From NCBI GenBank assembly GCA_964016885.1, contig OZ024745.1:61938001-62002000 (forward strand): a stretch of DNA of 64,000 nt, given 5' to 3'. Both the position numbers and the translations under genes were made by a program. This stretch comes from Eledone cirrhosa (lineage: Eukaryota). Positions 16,040 through 38,345 of the stretch are shown in pieces (positions within the stretch are counted from its first letter, which is position 1; each line of letters opens with the position of its first letter). The notes under the pieces were generated by a model. It was not told the origin of the DNA and made no database searches. It was given only the letters and a program-made list of their open reading frames with translations.

Positions 16040-16560
16040 AAGAGTAAAATAAAATAAAAATAAACATAAAAATAAGAATAAAAATAAAAATAAAAATAAA
16101 AATAAAAATAAAAATAAAAATAAAAATAAAAATAAAAATAAAAATAAAAATAAAAATAAAAATAAAAATAAAAATGAAAAATAAGAAATGTTATCACTCA
16201 CAGTTGGGCAGGTTCCGTTAACATACAGCTACATACAAGTATATACATAAGCATGAGCACCCGCATGCACCTACACACAAGCACCCGTATGCAACACATA
16301 CAGTATACTCTAATACAAATAACATATCATAGACGGATGAGCACAAGTTATGAGATAGAGATAGATAAAAAATAGATAAGAGGTAGATAAAAAATAGATA
16401 AAAAAATAGATAAAAAATAGATAAAAAATAGATAAAAAATAGATAAAAAATAGATAAAAAATAGATAAAGAATAGATAAAAAATAGATAAAAATAGATAA
16501 AAAAATAGATAAGAAATAGATAAAAAATAGATAAAAAAATAGATAAAAGATAAAAATAAA
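16040..16560. repeat. (TAAAAA)n and (AAAAAATAGAT)n simple repeats inside PLE-2
   Basis: Visible at 16040-16175 and 16360-16560. Confidence 0.9.
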
Positions 16561-18618
16561 ATAAATAAAATAAAATAAAGTAAAGTAAAATATACACCAG
16601 AAGATAAATAAAACAATACACAAAAAAAATGGAGTAAAATATACACCATAAAGGAAGGTGTGGTAAAGATAAGACTAGCAAATGCATAAGCTATCAAGCT
16701 ATGTTCAACAAGTGATATACGTACAACATATAAAATACACAAAATATATATACAAAAATATATATATACAAAATATATATAAAAGAGACGTATATATAAG
16801 GATATATATATACATATATACACATATCAGTCCAAGTAATGCATATTTTTAAAGATGTAACTGGGGGTAAAAGATGTAATAAGGGTAATCAAGATGGTAA
16901 TTATTAGGGCATGTAGTAATAATATTATTATAGAAATCCTAAGGTGACACTAGTGTTGACTCATGGTGATATATGGAATATATCAGGAGCACACGAACGC
17001 CTTAGGTGTTGCAGTTAGCCGCAGTTCAACAATAGAGTGTTCGAATGAGATTTTTTATGAACAGATGCTATGTCCGCACTAGATTGAGTGGACCATTACA
17101 ATGCAATGGAAACATCCCAGGTTGGAGAGTCCCAAAAGTTCACACTCCAAAGTTCAATCCACAGGTGTGCATTCATAGAGTTGAGCGGTTGGGCAATCCG
17201 AAAAGTTCACACTCCAAAGTTCAATACACAGATGTGCATTCATAGAGTTGAGCACTCAGGCAAGAATTAATTGGTTAACAAGGTGTATCCATATCACAAG
17301 CAGGAGCATATGCTGGGAAGGTTGCAGGCAAATTCATATACAGCAGCACGAACATCAAGAGGCAAATAACTGAGGCGCACATTAGTGAGCAGAAGCAGGC
17401 AAGTGCAGGTGGTAAAACACAGTCAGGTGAAGCAGGTTATTATGCATACCATTTAATATAAGAAAACTCAACAACAGTGCATAACAAATAGCTTCCAAAG
17501 CCGATAACCACAAAATCACAACATTGAGCAACAATCCGGCATCACAAGAATGTACGCAACATTAGGGTTAGTCCAGAGACAGTATATGTATACTTATACA
17601 TACACACATACACACAGACATGTATATACAGAGACAGTATACGTACACATATATACAGAGACAGTATATATATATATATATATATATACACATACACGTA
17701 TATACACATAAATATATACATACACACACACACACACACCGCACCGGACACCCAAATCTACGCGGGTATATTACACAAAATATCTTACCCAGCTAACAAA
17801 AGTCAAAAACCCCATAACAGTTGCTCTCACTGGTCGCAGATAATGTAGTTTCACAGTAAATTAACCAGAGTAATCACGATTAATATTCAAAATACAACCT
17901 TATGAGGAGATGCGTATTCCCACGTGTAGTCACCAGATTCAAGTATAAACAAACCGTTAATAAATACGGAAGGCTATCGGGGCCAAAACGTTATTTTTGG
18001 GAGAATAACACAAAGCGTCAATCTATGGAAGACAACTATGCCAAAAATACAACACCGGGCAAAAACACCCAAAGTCAGCGTGTAGACAATGAACCGCAGA
18101 ATAGGAGGGTAACACATACATGTACTCCATATCTACTGCCCACGGCGAGATGCACAGGTCAGCTAACAGTGACTGGCTAAATCACCGTCCCATACGGGCA
18201 CAGGCCCATTGGTTCACTACGAGTCAACAAGGTAATTTAAATAAACTAAATAAGATAAAATGCGAGGGGCAGGTTAAATATAATCAATTGTGCATCTTAT
18301 AACGCAGTACACACTCTACATAGATGTATTACATCACAACTCATGAGCATACAAAGGTACAAATCCATACAATACACGTTGGGATAGACCCACCAATGCA
18401 CAAACACACACACGGTGGCTGGGCAAGTATGGAAGGGTCACATCCACTGTACCGAACAAGGGTGCTTATTAACATATACACCAACTCACGTATACACCTC
18501 GATATCCAAATTCCATATACACATGCAGGCATACATATACACACAGACACATATACAAACAAGACAAACAATAGGAGACAAATACACTAGATTACCCAAC
18601 TGGAGAATTCTGAAAGTG

Positions 18619-21051
18619 CTAGCTAATAGGCTTAAAGTAAAAGAAAGAGCTTAATATCCGGTGGGGGCATGAGGAAAATATTTCCGACTTTCTATTTAGT
18701 AGGGAGCACTTGGCAAATATAATAGAGTGGGATTCCGTAAGGCATAGGTTACATACTCTATTATGAGGAGTATATGGATGGGATTTAGCAACTTGCCGCC
18801 AAGTGAGGGTGTACTGTGTTCGTGCATTTTTTAAATTGTGACGTGCGCTGCCAAGGAGGTAGAATTCTTCAGTTTTTTATGTCTAAATGTACACTGGTGA
18901 GAGTTAAATCTGGTTTTAAAAGGGGTGGAAGTTGATCCAATATAAGTTTTAGTGGATGCAGTAGTTACCACATCACACGCATAAACTATGTTTCTAGTAA
19001 GGCAGAAACCATTCAGGGGGCAGCCCGAAGCCCTTCTACAGTTACAATTTCTGGTGATGCTATTATCAAAATGATCACCAGCTTGCTGACCACGGGTGTT
19101 CAGGCTACCTCTGTCGACTCCAATGTTTTCCCTAGGCGTAAGGTGTCGAGGCCTTCTTAATTTTCTTATTATTGGTATTGGCTAGATGAGAGGCCAGATT
19201 TTGGGTTGTAGAATACGAGAGTTTAACCACATTCTTATTGAGGATAGAATGGTACCTATTACCAGGAGGGAAGTTCCTTTTTAACACAGAGAAGAAGGCC
19301 CTAGGAATATTCGTAGCCACTTCGGAGTTAAATGGGGGGTTAAAATATGTATTCAATCTTCTATTCTTTTTATTCTTATTATTATTACTATTACTATTAT
19401 TATTACCATTATTATTATTATTAATTCCATTGCTAAGGTTACTATGTTCACCTAATCTATGCGGGGAGCTAAGAGGCCTACCGTTATTGTTACTTAGTCC
19501 ATTGGTACCCTGTTGGTGCATTTTACCGGCATTCAAAACCTCATGTTCGAAACACCTCTATTACCAATGGACATATTATGTGTTATAACAACACTGGTAG
19601 AGCTACTATTTGGACTATTATTTCCCTGGGCATAATGTAATTTGTCCCTAAAGCCGGATCTAGCTAAGGCATCATTATAATAATCAGCCTGCGAGTTAAA
19701 CGCCTCTTCGCTATGTGAGAGTGAACTTATTCTGTTAGAGACCCCCTTCAATATACCACTGATGACCGACTTAGGGTGGTTGGAGTTAGTATTCACATAA
19801 GTCAGCAATTCATTAGGCTTATGGTACGGTGTGTACGTATGGTTACCTAAGTCCAACGTAACATCAAGGAAGTTGACAGTCCTATCATTTATATCCATAG
19901 TAATGGACAGATTGAAGGTTTTAAAGAATTTATACAGCTTTTTCCTAATGCGCACTATATTATACTTGCTAGCATCTATGGAGAGTAGGGCATCATCACG
20001 GTACAACCCACCCCTAAGGAATGGGAAGTTACTATGTAGTTCAGTAAGGAGGTAGAGCCCAACTAAGTCGGTGACCTGAGCAGAATCACTTGACCCCATA
20101 GTAATGTCAAAATTATCCGGTGTGTTTTTTCTCGTCCATAAATTATCCTCAAACATAATGATGGTTTTACGTGCAGCGAGAACGATATCTATCTGTGGCC
20201 GTGTAATGACCCCTCTCTGCATGGCTAGGATAAGGGCCTTATTGAGGACGATAGGAGATATAGATGTATAATAAGCATCAATATCAAATTGGATAAACCT
20301 AAGCGAATCACGCCCACAATCCGTAGAAAACCACCTAATGACTTCACTAGTATTACCCAAAGCTCAAGGAATGTTTTTTCTTTAACTAGGGAATTACGCT
20401 ATCTAAGATTCTCTTACTTATAATCCCCAAATCAGACGTGGAGGGGCAGATAAGCCTAACTGAGGGGCTACTAATAAAGTTTTCCTTATGGTCCTTAAGG
20501 GTGAATCTAGGCTGTTTGGGGTAATATGGTTGAGTGTGTTTATCAAGACCCAATTTTACTACTATGTTATACCCCTCTAGGTTAATATTATCTAAATTAC
20601 TCTGCGTTGTTTTTTTGTAGTTCCTATGTAGTTCATTATAATGAAGCCACGATAAGTTTTATAATCCATACTATACAGGTTTTTAGTTTTGTCGGAAGGG
20701 ACCAGAATAGATTTATTATCCTTAAAGTCCTTACGATAGAACTGAGTTTACTCAGAAACTTATTGGTACATCTAGATTTATATACCTAATATTCCTGACA
20801 AGGGATAACAGCTCACCTTCGAAATTATCCAATAGGCTATTGTGTGGGGGGCTCCTATATGTCTTAAAGCCATAATTATTAAAACTACACTTATCATCAG
20901 GGTTATCATACTTCTTATCAAAATGGAACGCACGCCACCGAACACGTTTTACAAAGGAATTTATGCTAGTTATAAGGAATTTCTCATATGAAATTTTAGA
21001 AGGGGTGGGAATATTCTTCAAACAAATGGGTAAGTATGTCTTTGTTAGCAT
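18619..21051 (-). pseudogene. PLE-2 RT / GIY-YIG ORF with several frameshifts
   Basis: Fragments RVRWRAFHF, FIQFDIDAYY, FDITMGSSDSAQ, GGLYRDDA, YFNPPFN, CNCRRASGCPLNGFC, IVYAC..YIGSTS and CNLCLTE..LNRKSEIFSSCPH; stop at 18619-18621. Confidence 0.88.
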
Positions 21052-21252
21052 ACTGCCTGATGATATACAAGAATATAAATTCACGTATATCAAAGTTGAA
21101 GCTCAACCAGTGGGAGCCGTATAATATATAAGGGAGAGAGTTGGGAGTGTGTAACACTCCACTTATCAAATAGGCAGTATATGGTTAGCTCAATGTCAGA
21201 GGACAGAGCCGTAATACAATTAACAACAAAGAGCGCTTAGAACATAGGTATA

Positions 21253-21312
21253 TCTTTAATTGATAACAGTGTTTCGTCCACACTAGAAGTGGGACTCTTC
21301 AGAGCATAAAGA
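21253..21312 (-). ncRNA. Minimal type I hammerhead ribozyme (family D, 5' pLTR)
   Basis: Same motif as 15871-15930 with two substitutions, one of them in stem I. Confidence 0.78.
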
Positions 21313-21612
21313 GTAAATACATAGTATACAAGCATTGACAAAGCCAAAACAGAAGAATATATGTGGGGATACCATAAGTTGGGAGGAGTTTAAAGAGTAA
21401 AGTAAAAGGAGTAAAATAAGAAAAGAGTAAAATAAAATAAAAATAAACATAAAAATAAGAATAAAAATAAAAATATATATATATGTATATATATGTATAT
21501 ATATATATGTATATATATATATGTATATATATATATATGTATATATATATATGTATATATATATATGTATATTATATATATGTATATATATATATGTATA
21601 TATATATATATG

Positions 21613-21692
<80 letters not shown>

Positions 21693-21693
21693 C

Positions 21694-21858
<165 letters not shown>

Positions 21859-21880
21859 CTATATATATATATATAGATAC

Positions 21881-21911
<31 letters not shown>

Positions 21912-21916
21912 CATAC

Positions 21917-21947
<31 letters not shown>

Positions 21948-21958
21948 CATACATATAC

Positions 21959-22009
<51 letters not shown>

Positions 22010-22028
22010 CATACATATATATATATAC

Positions 22029-22113
<85 letters not shown>

Positions 22114-22118
22114 CATAC

Positions 22119-22149
<31 letters not shown>

Positions 22150-22174
22150 CATACATATACATATATATATATAC

Positions 22175-22207
<33 letters not shown>

Positions 22208-22278
22208 CATACATATATATATATACATACATATATATATACATACATATATATATATACATACATATATATATATAC

Positions 22279-22735
22279 ATGGTGGCTGCCAACTCGTTTT
22301 CGAGTACGGCCACTACTTTATATCCATGTAGGAGAACCCCTACCGATGCGCTGAACGAGTGTGACTTTTTAGTCCAGCTAGCTTGAAAACTCTGGTACAA
22401 ACACTACACTTGTGACAATTATTGACACATGGTGCTGTGCCCATGGTACCATGTGACGACAAGTGCAGAGAGATCTCCAGATATAAAGCAATGCCTGTGC
22501 CGTGAAGCTTTTATAGTGAGCAAAGGCACTGCACAAGGCCAGTCCCACTCTCTTAACCAAGATGATATTTACCAAAAAGAAGAACAAGTCAACATCATTG
22601 GATCTCATCAGGGTTGCAGGTGTTATATCAGAGTTTTCCTTCTCCTAGAATTCTGCCTTGACAAAGGCTAAGGGGGTCATGTCTCCCGGTGATTTTGGAT
22701 GGCCATTGACTCTTAAGAGCTCCTTTGCCCTTTGA
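22279..22735 (-). mobile_element. Non-autonomous RTE-derived element, copy 1 (5'-truncated)
   Basis: RTE-type 5' UTR motif CTAGGAGAAGGAAAACTCTGA, degenerate C2H2 coding remnant and 3' hairpin CTCG-aaaa-CGAG. Confidence 0.75.
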
Positions 22736-22898
22736 TATATATACATACATATATATATACATACATATACATACATATATACGTACATACTTACATATAT
22801 ACATACATATATACGTACATACATATATACATGTACATGCATACATACATACATACATATATACGTACATACATACATATATATGTACATACATACAT

Positions 22899-23442
22899 GG
22901 TGGTGGCTGCCAACTCGTTTTCGAGTACGGCCACCACTTTACATCCATGTAGGAGAGAACCCCTACCGATGCACTCTGGTACAAACACTACACTTGTGAC
23001 AATTATTGACACAGTGCTGGGCCCATGGTACAATGTGACAACAAGTGCAGAGAGATCTCCAGATATAAAGCAATACCTGTGCCGTGAAGCTTTTATAGTG
23101 AGCAAAGGCACTGCACAAAACCAGTCCCACTCTCTTAACCAAGATGATATTTACCAAAAAGAAGAACAAGTCAACATCATTGGATACCATCAGGGTTGCA
23201 GGTGTTATATCAGAGTTTTCCTTCTCCTAGAATTCTGCCCTGACAAAGGCTAAGGGGTCATCTCTCCCGGTGATTTTGGATGGCAATTGGCTCTTAAGAG
23301 CTCCTTTGACAGGTTTTGTTTTTAGTCCTGCAGGATGTCCAGAGTCACCCTCCTCACCAAGAAACCTTGGTGGGGTTGCCAGTTTAGTCGCCAACGACCC
23401 GACCATGGGACAGGTTGTACTGGGATACATGTTACCAGTAGC
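22899..23442 (-). mobile_element. Non-autonomous RTE-derived element, copy 2 (internal deletion)
   Basis: Highly similar to copies 1, 3 and 4. Confidence 0.75.
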
Positions 23443-29097
<5,655 letters not shown>

Positions 29098-29388
29098 ACT
29101 CTTTTACTCTTTTACTCTTTTACCTGTTTCAGCCATCCGGCTGAGGCAATGCTGGGGCACCGCCCTTGTTGCTACACATTTTATCTCCAGCCTGTATAGG
29201 TTGGCCACTGGTGTAGGAGGGAGTTTGTTGCTGCTGCCCTTAGGTCTCCCTCGTGTCTTGCTCTGGGCTCATCCGGGATCCTGGATAACAAGGTGTCGAG
29301 ATGTTTCTTAAAGACATCCACCTCCACGTCATGCAAGTCTCGCAGATGCCTCGGCAGCCTGTTGAAGAGTTGAGGGCCCTTGAATCCC
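29098..29388 (-). mobile_element. 3' end of a CR1/L2-like LINE
   Basis: Translates [49 protein letters not shown]; 3' UTR GGCGGTGCCCCAGC and (GTAAAAGA)n tail. Confidence 0.72.
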
Positions 29389-29462
29389 ATACATACATAT
29401 ATATATACATACATATATATATACATACATACATAGATATATACATATATATATATATATAT

Positions 29463-29493
<31 letters not shown>

Positions 29494-29524
29494 CATACAT
29501 ATATACATACATATATATATATAT

Positions 29525-29555
<31 letters not shown>

Positions 29556-29614
29556 CATACATATATACATACATATATATATATATATACATTCATATAT
29601 ATATATATATATAT

Positions 29615-29659
<45 letters not shown>

Positions 29660-29681
29660 CATACATATATATATATATACA

Positions 29682-30290
29682 TGGTGGCTGCCAACTCGTT
29701 TTCGAGTACGGCCACTACTTTATATCCATGTAGGAGAACCCCTACCGATGAGCTCAACGAGTGTGACTTTTTAGTCCAGCCAGCGACTTGAAAACTCTGG
29801 TACAAACACTACACTTGTGACAATTATTGACACATAGTGCTGGGCCCATGTTACCATCTGACGACAAGTGCAGAGAGATCTCCAGATATAAAGCAATCCC
29901 TGTGCCGTGAAGCTTTTATAGTGAGCAAAGGCACTGCACAAAGCCAATCCCACTCTCTTAACCAAGATGATATTTACCAAAAAGAAGAACAAGTCAACAT
30001 CATTGGATACAATCAGGGTTGCAGGTGTTATATCAGAGTTTTCCTTCTCCTAGAATTCTGCCTTGACAAAGGCTAAGGGGTCATCTCTCCCGGTGATTTT
30101 GGATGGCCATTGACTCTTAAGAGCTCCTTTGCCCTTTTACAGGTTTTGTTTTTAGTCCTGCAGGATGTCCAAAGTCACCCTCCTCAACAAGAAACCTTGG
30201 TGGGGTTGCCAGTTTAGTCGCCAACGACCCGACCATGGGACAGGTTGTACTGGGATACATGTTACCAGTAGCACCAACTGGTGACCTGAC
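29682..30290 (-). mobile_element. Non-autonomous RTE-derived element, copy 3 (longest)
   Basis: Contains a [17 protein letters not shown]-type finger remnant on the minus strand. Confidence 0.78.
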
Positions 30291-30308
30291 ATACTCACAT
30301 ATATATAC

Positions 30309-30339
<31 letters not shown>

Positions 30340-30396
30340 CATACGTACATACATATATACATACATACATACATACATATATACATACATACATAT

Positions 30397-30429
<33 letters not shown>

Positions 30430-30996
30430 TACATACATACATACATATATATATACATACATACATATATATATATACATACATATATATATACATACAT
30501 ACATATATGCAAAACATTCTTGCGATTCAAGGGATGACAATTTCTTTTCTTTTACAACCTTGCCACCAGGAAGGTGGCCGGTCAAAAAAATATACTCGAA
30601 ATTAAGAGAAAGAGAAAACATATATATATACATACATACATACATATATATATATATATACATACATACATATATACATACATATATACATACATACATA
30701 TATACATACATATATACATACATATATATATACATACATACATATATATATACATACATATATATATACAAACATACATATATATATACATACATACATA
30801 TATATATACATACATATATATATACATACATACATATATATATACATACATATATATATACATACATATATATATATACATACATACATACATATATATA
30901 TATATATACATACATACATATATACATACATACATACATATATATATATACATACATACATATATACATACATACATACATACATATATACATACA

Positions 30997-31032
<36 letters not shown>

Positions 31033-31042
31033 TATACATACA

Positions 31043-31076
<34 letters not shown>

Positions 31077-31077
<1 letters not shown>

Positions 31078-31674
31078 GGTGGCTGCCAACTCGTTTTCGA
31101 GTACGGCCACTACTTTATATCCATGTAGGAGAACCCCTACGGATGCGCTGAACGAGTGTGACTTTTTAGTCCAGCCAGCGATTTGAAAACTCTGGTACAA
31201 ACACTACACTTTTGACAATTATTGACACATAGTGCTGGGCCCATGGTACCATCTGACGACAAGTGCAGAGAGATCTCCAGATATAAAGCAATGCCTGTGC
31301 CGTGAAGCTTTTATAGTGAGCAAAGGCACTGCACAAAGCCAGTCCCACTCTCTTAAACAAGATGATATGTACCAAAAAGAAGAACAAGTCAACATCATTG
31401 GATACCATCAGGGTTGCAGGTGTTATATCATAGTTTTCCTTCTCCTAGAATTCTACCTTGACAAAGGCTAAGGGGTCATCTCTCCCGGTGATTTTGGATG
31501 GCCATTGACTCTTAAGAGCTCCTTTGCCCTTTGACAGGTTTTGTTTTTAGTCCTGCAGGATGTCCAAAGTCACCCTCCTCACCAAGAAACCTTGGTGGGG
31601 TTGCCAGTTTAGTCGCCAACGACCCGACCATGAGACAGGTTGTACTGGGATACATGTTACCAGTAGCACCAACT
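31077..31674 (-). mobile_element. Non-autonomous RTE-derived element, copy 4
   Basis: Highly similar to copy 3. Confidence 0.78.
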
Positions 31675-31822
31675 ATATATATATATATATATACATACAT
31701 ACATACATATATATATACATTTATATATACATACATACATACATATATATATACATACATATATATATATATATATACATACATATATATATATATATAT
31801 ACATACATATATATATATATAT

Positions 31823-31853
<31 letters not shown>

Positions 31854-31954
31854 CATACATATATATATATATATATACATACATATATATATATATACAT
31901 ACATATATATATATATATATACATACATATATATATATATACATACATATATAT

Positions 31955-31985
<31 letters not shown>

Positions 31986-32030
31986 CATACACATATATAT
32001 ATATATACATACATATATATATATATATAC

Positions 32031-32061
<31 letters not shown>

Positions 32062-32067
32062 CATACA

Positions 32068-32103
<36 letters not shown>

Positions 32104-32117
32104 TACATATATATATA

Positions 32118-32151
<34 letters not shown>

Positions 32152-32192
32152 TACATACATATATATATATATATATACATACATATATATAT

Positions 32193-32231
<39 letters not shown>

Positions 32232-32342
32232 CATATATATATATATATACATACATATATATATATATATATACATACATACATATATATATATACATAC
32301 ATATATATATATATATATATACATACATATATATATATATAT

Positions 32343-32373
<31 letters not shown>

Positions 32374-32374
32374 C

Positions 32375-32417
<43 letters not shown>

Positions 32418-32436
32418 CATATATATATATATATAT

Positions 32437-32806
32437 GTAGGAGGTGAGTTTTATTGTAGTACAATAAAGCAATGCAGATATCGGATAAGAAGCACTCTAC
32501 AGTTTGTGGAACTGGAGTATGCATAATATAAGATCAAAAGATGGTTAAAGGAGTTCAATATATTTTATTATGCGCATTTCAAAAACAAACATCATCAAAC
32601 AATAATATTTGTGTTTTCATAATCCATGTTGTAGAAGAAGAGGTGAAGGACCATCAAAAGGTATCCAATATGAGAGTAAGCGCTCACCTCTTCTTCTACA
32701 ACATGGATTATGAAAACACAAATATTATTGTTTGATGATGTTTGTTTTTGAAATGCGCATAATAAAATATATTGAACTCCTTTAACCATCTTTTGATCTT
32801 ATATTA
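32437..32806. mobile_element. Fold-back of the family A pLTR
   Basis: Arms ~32523-32646 and 32684-32806 are reverse complements and match 2323-2420; the left arm extends to the pLTR end at 32437. Confidence 0.85.
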
Positions 32807-32825
32807 TATATATATATATATATAT

Positions 32826-34395
<1,570 letters not shown>

Positions 34396-34515
34396 ATACA
34401 TACATATATATATATGCATACATATATATATACATACATATATATATATATAGATACATATATATATATATACATACATATATATATATATATACATACA
34501 TACATATATACATAC

Positions 34516-34566
<51 letters not shown>

Positions 34567-34702
34567 AAAAAGTATGACCCCGGGTGAAGAAACTTGAGCT
34601 GGGTGGAAAAGTCGGGATATGGCGTGGTAGAGTCGGAAAGTGCTCTACTACAGAGATAGGAGCTAAATCCCTTTGTTATATATAGATATATACATATACA
34701 CA

Positions 34703-35075
34703 TTACTCTATTACTCAACTACGTGTTCCAGCCTATAGGCTGAGGCTATCTGGGGCACCGCCATTGATGATACTCTTTCCATAGCGACCCTTCCCTTATT
34801 GTCCATTGATGCAAACGGGAGTTTTCTGCTCCCATCCTTATTTGCAAGATATCGGATGAGCTATGTGCTCATCCGAGATCTTGGTCAGTAGATTGTCGAG
34901 ATGTCTTTTGAAAACATCAACATGCACAGCATGTAGATCTCTAAGATGTTTTGGTAGGTGGGGTCCCTTGAACCCCAGGCTATTTCTGTATATGTTCTTT
35001 ATTCTTGATGCGACGGATGTGTTCTTTATTCTTGATTCTACATAGTGGCGTCTTGTTTGTGAGCTGTTCCTGCCC
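34703..35075 (-). mobile_element. 3' end of a CR1/L2-like LINE (diverged relative of 29098-29388)
   Basis: Translates RNSLGFKGPHLPKHLRDLHAVHVDVFKRHLDNLLTKISDE; 3' UTR GGCGGTGCCCCAG. Confidence 0.68.
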
Positions 35076-37434
35076 GCAATGACGAGGCTTGGTGCTAACC
35101 GTACGGGATATTCCATACGTAAATCATTGCGTATCTCTCCCGTCTTCGTTTCAGGAAGTAAATCATCAATCATCTGCACATTGCCGCCATTTTGGTGATG
35201 TGTGCAAGAAACGATGCACACATTTAAGATATCACTATTGTATACGGAATCCCTACAGTATTAGGGTTTAATATATGAATAAAATATATACAGTCGGAAT
35301 AGTTTTAATGTTATACAGTTGTGTAACTTCTCTCAACAAAATAACTTCAGACAGACACATTTCTAGTAGTTTACATCAGCATATTTTTATGTGCATAAGA
35401 AATTTTTTATGTATAAAATGGCGACATAATATTTGAGGTAGTTATTTTTTGTCAGTCTGTTTATTGGAATAGAATGTAGAGAAATTGGCTTAGAAAACAC
35501 TGTCTCTCACAATGGAAATAAGAAATTAGGTATGAATTAATAATGATGTAAATTTTCAAAAAATTACCAATATAAATTGCTATTTAGGTAGTTAGCTAGC
35601 ACACCACCATCTCTCTCTCATGCTCCCCTTATACATATATACATACACATAATTACATATAAATGCATGTATATATATATATATGTGAATACATGTATAT
35701 GTATGTGCATATGTATATATATATATATATATATAAATATATATAATGAGGAAAAGAGAGAACGAGAGAGAAAGAGATAGAAGGTGAGAAGTGAAATTGA
35801 GAAGCAGGTACATTGACTGTTAGATCGATCAATCCTTGGATAGATGATTTCAATTATATATTATACGATCGTGTGTGATTACGATGGACGATATGTCTAT
35901 GAAATTCTGTATGCTCCTCTGTAGATAGCAAACAAAAAGTAAAATAGAAATGAAAAAAAAAAAAAAAAAAAACGAAACCAAAATCACTTGATATGTAAAT
36001 CTTAGAAATAAGCCAATAGTCTGCATGGATTATTCGATTTAAATAGCTAGGGAGATATAAATCTATTCTTGACGTCAGTTGTCAAGGCATCGAATGGGCT
36101 TATCACACATACCATAAGCAGCATGTTTGCATTTCCAAAGTAGATATTAAATGGATATCGCCAATCAAGAATATACAAACAAATCAAACAAAAATTTACA
36201 AAGAAATATCAGAGATGGAAATTTTTAAAAATGGCAATACAGACATTTCCTTGAGTGAAGCACCAATTCTATTTTCTCCTACAGAGCAACCCAAAACCTG
36301 TATGGCCAGGGATTCAAAGTATAAAACATTGTATAAAAAGGGCAATGAATGCGGTTTGTTTGGATAAATGGAAATGTCGAACCCAAAGGAAATTATTACG
36401 CCAGAGAAAATTCGATTGATTGAATATGCTTCGAACATTCAGTTCTATGCCCGTATATTGCGGCTCTTCGATACTTATTACAATTCGTCTCTTAAAAGCA
36501 CATATTTGCTATATGGAAATACTCAAAAATGCATTTACGCTTACCTGCCAACTTACCCATTTACCTAACCACATCCCTAACTACATAGGTATCTACCTAT
36601 TTATGTATCTACCTACCTACATATATACATATACATATGCATATACACCCATATACATTCTAACAGGTGTTTGTGGATTGATACACACACAAACGTATGA
36701 ACAATCACACAACCGCCATCACTCGCACACACATTCACACACACACACACATGCACACAAACACACACATACATACACACACTTCTTGTAGTCCGTCAAC
36801 GTCTTTGCTAAATATATTTCAGTGAGGATGTTCGATCTTACTTCAGGTTTTTGTCGGAAGCACACTGTTTCTACCATTAGTGTTGGATACCTAGAGCAGT
36901 CAGAATCAAGTTGCCTCCCTTGACCTTAATGGAAGATGCGACAGAGCATCTACTAGACACAAATATGCACATATAATTCATGTGAAAATAGATTCTTGAG
37001 TGATCTCTCCCGGCATGCTCTTGTACTGAAGGAAATTTCTCGTCCCTTCATGCAATGGTTTAGTGATGATCGGATTTGGTACTAGAGTGCATATTTTCTC
37101 TTTATAGTGTTCTAAACAATCCTGGGTTTTCTTTGTATCCACATTTTTCTGCAGTAGGCTGCGCTATTGAGTTTCTTAGAAGATACAGTTGAGTGTTTAC
37201 ATCTGCATAGTTGACAATATTCACAGTGTAATTTCCACATAAAGCATTTACTAGTTTATTCCTGTACAATTTCGATGGGACCACCCATGTAAACTTGCAT
37301 ATTTGAAGAGGTGTCAATTAAGAGTCGGCATAGGATCGCCTGATCAAACCCGAGGTGATCGATATCGAAACAGTTGTAATATGCAATAAAGTTTCGTAAC
37401 CAGCTGCAAATCTAACTTCCTATTCTCTCTCTTT

Positions 37435-37435
<1 letters not shown>

Positions 37436-37507
<72 letters not shown>
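37436..37507. repeat. (CA)n microsatellite
   Basis: Directly visible. Confidence 0.97.
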
Positions 37508-37520
<13 letters not shown>

Positions 37521-37524
37521 TTAT

Positions 37525-38345
37525 ATAATTGAATATACAAGAGAGATGAAAACTAATATAAACATACATGTGTCCGAATGGTAAGGACCAGGTTTGCTAG
37601 GGTGAAAAAATACTAACTACAGCAATATGGTTTGCCAGACTTAATTTAAAGTAGTAAATTAAGAAAAATAATAACAAACCTATATTGGGCAACTGCCTGA
37701 AAACACATAGACAGTTATAGAAACTGTTATAGAACTGTTTCGGACACATGTATGTTTATATTAGTGTTCATCTCTCTTGTATATTCAATTATATTACATG
37801 GCTCGGAAAAGCTTTTTTCTTAGAGCTATTTAATTGTAAGAGACTACTTTGAGTTTCTAACTCAATATATATTTGTCGGCTCCTTCATGTAGAGCTAATT
37901 TTAATGTCATGTTAACCAGGCTGCTATTTTTAGCGGCATAGGTTTTCGACACATGCTAGGCTCCGAAGACATGTGCGTTATTTCATATCACACACAATTC
38001 AGTCCTCTAATATTTTTAGAAGTGGAAGGATCGCTAATTTCTTGACACCTATTGATGGGCAGAGAAATGGTGATGACTTCGCTTAATATGATTTTGCGAA
38101 CAGTTTCCATAACTGTCTAGGTGTTTTCAGGCAGTTGCCCAATATAGGTTTGTTATTATTTTTCTTAATTTACTACTTTAAAAACCATATTGCTGTAGTT
38201 AGTATTTTTTCACCCTAGGTCCTTACAATTCGGACACATGTATGTTTATATTAGTGTTCATATTCAATTATATTACACGGCTCGGAAAAGCTTTTTTCTT
38301 AGAGCTATTTAATTGTAAGAAACTACTTTGAGTTTCTAACTCAAT
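37525..38345. repeat. Rearranged direct and inverted copies of a ~240 bp pLTR-like repeat
   Basis: 37525-37578 is inverted against 37739-37792; 37600-37710 is inverted against 38110-38217; 37739-37865 is a direct match to 38229-38345. Confidence 0.75.

Larger units (their letters stand above)
15749..21472 (-). mobile_element. Near full-length Penelope-like element PLE-2 with direct pLTRs
   Basis: ~340 bp direct repeats at 15749-16090 and 21129-21472, each with an HHR, flank a disrupted RT/GIY-YIG ORF and a ~2.4 kb non-coding 3' region. (TA)n lies on both sides. Confidence 0.92.

Noticed and set aside
22290-22615. CTGATGAG...CTCGAAA on the minus strand of RTE-derivative copy 1 as a hammerhead
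   Set aside because: The other three copies read CTGATGG or CTGATTG, and there is no valid NUH triplet or stem I.
36790-37410. GC-richer stretch with short ORF 37102-37317 as a host exon
   Set aside because: No recognisable domain, stops in the frames examined and no convincing splice sites.
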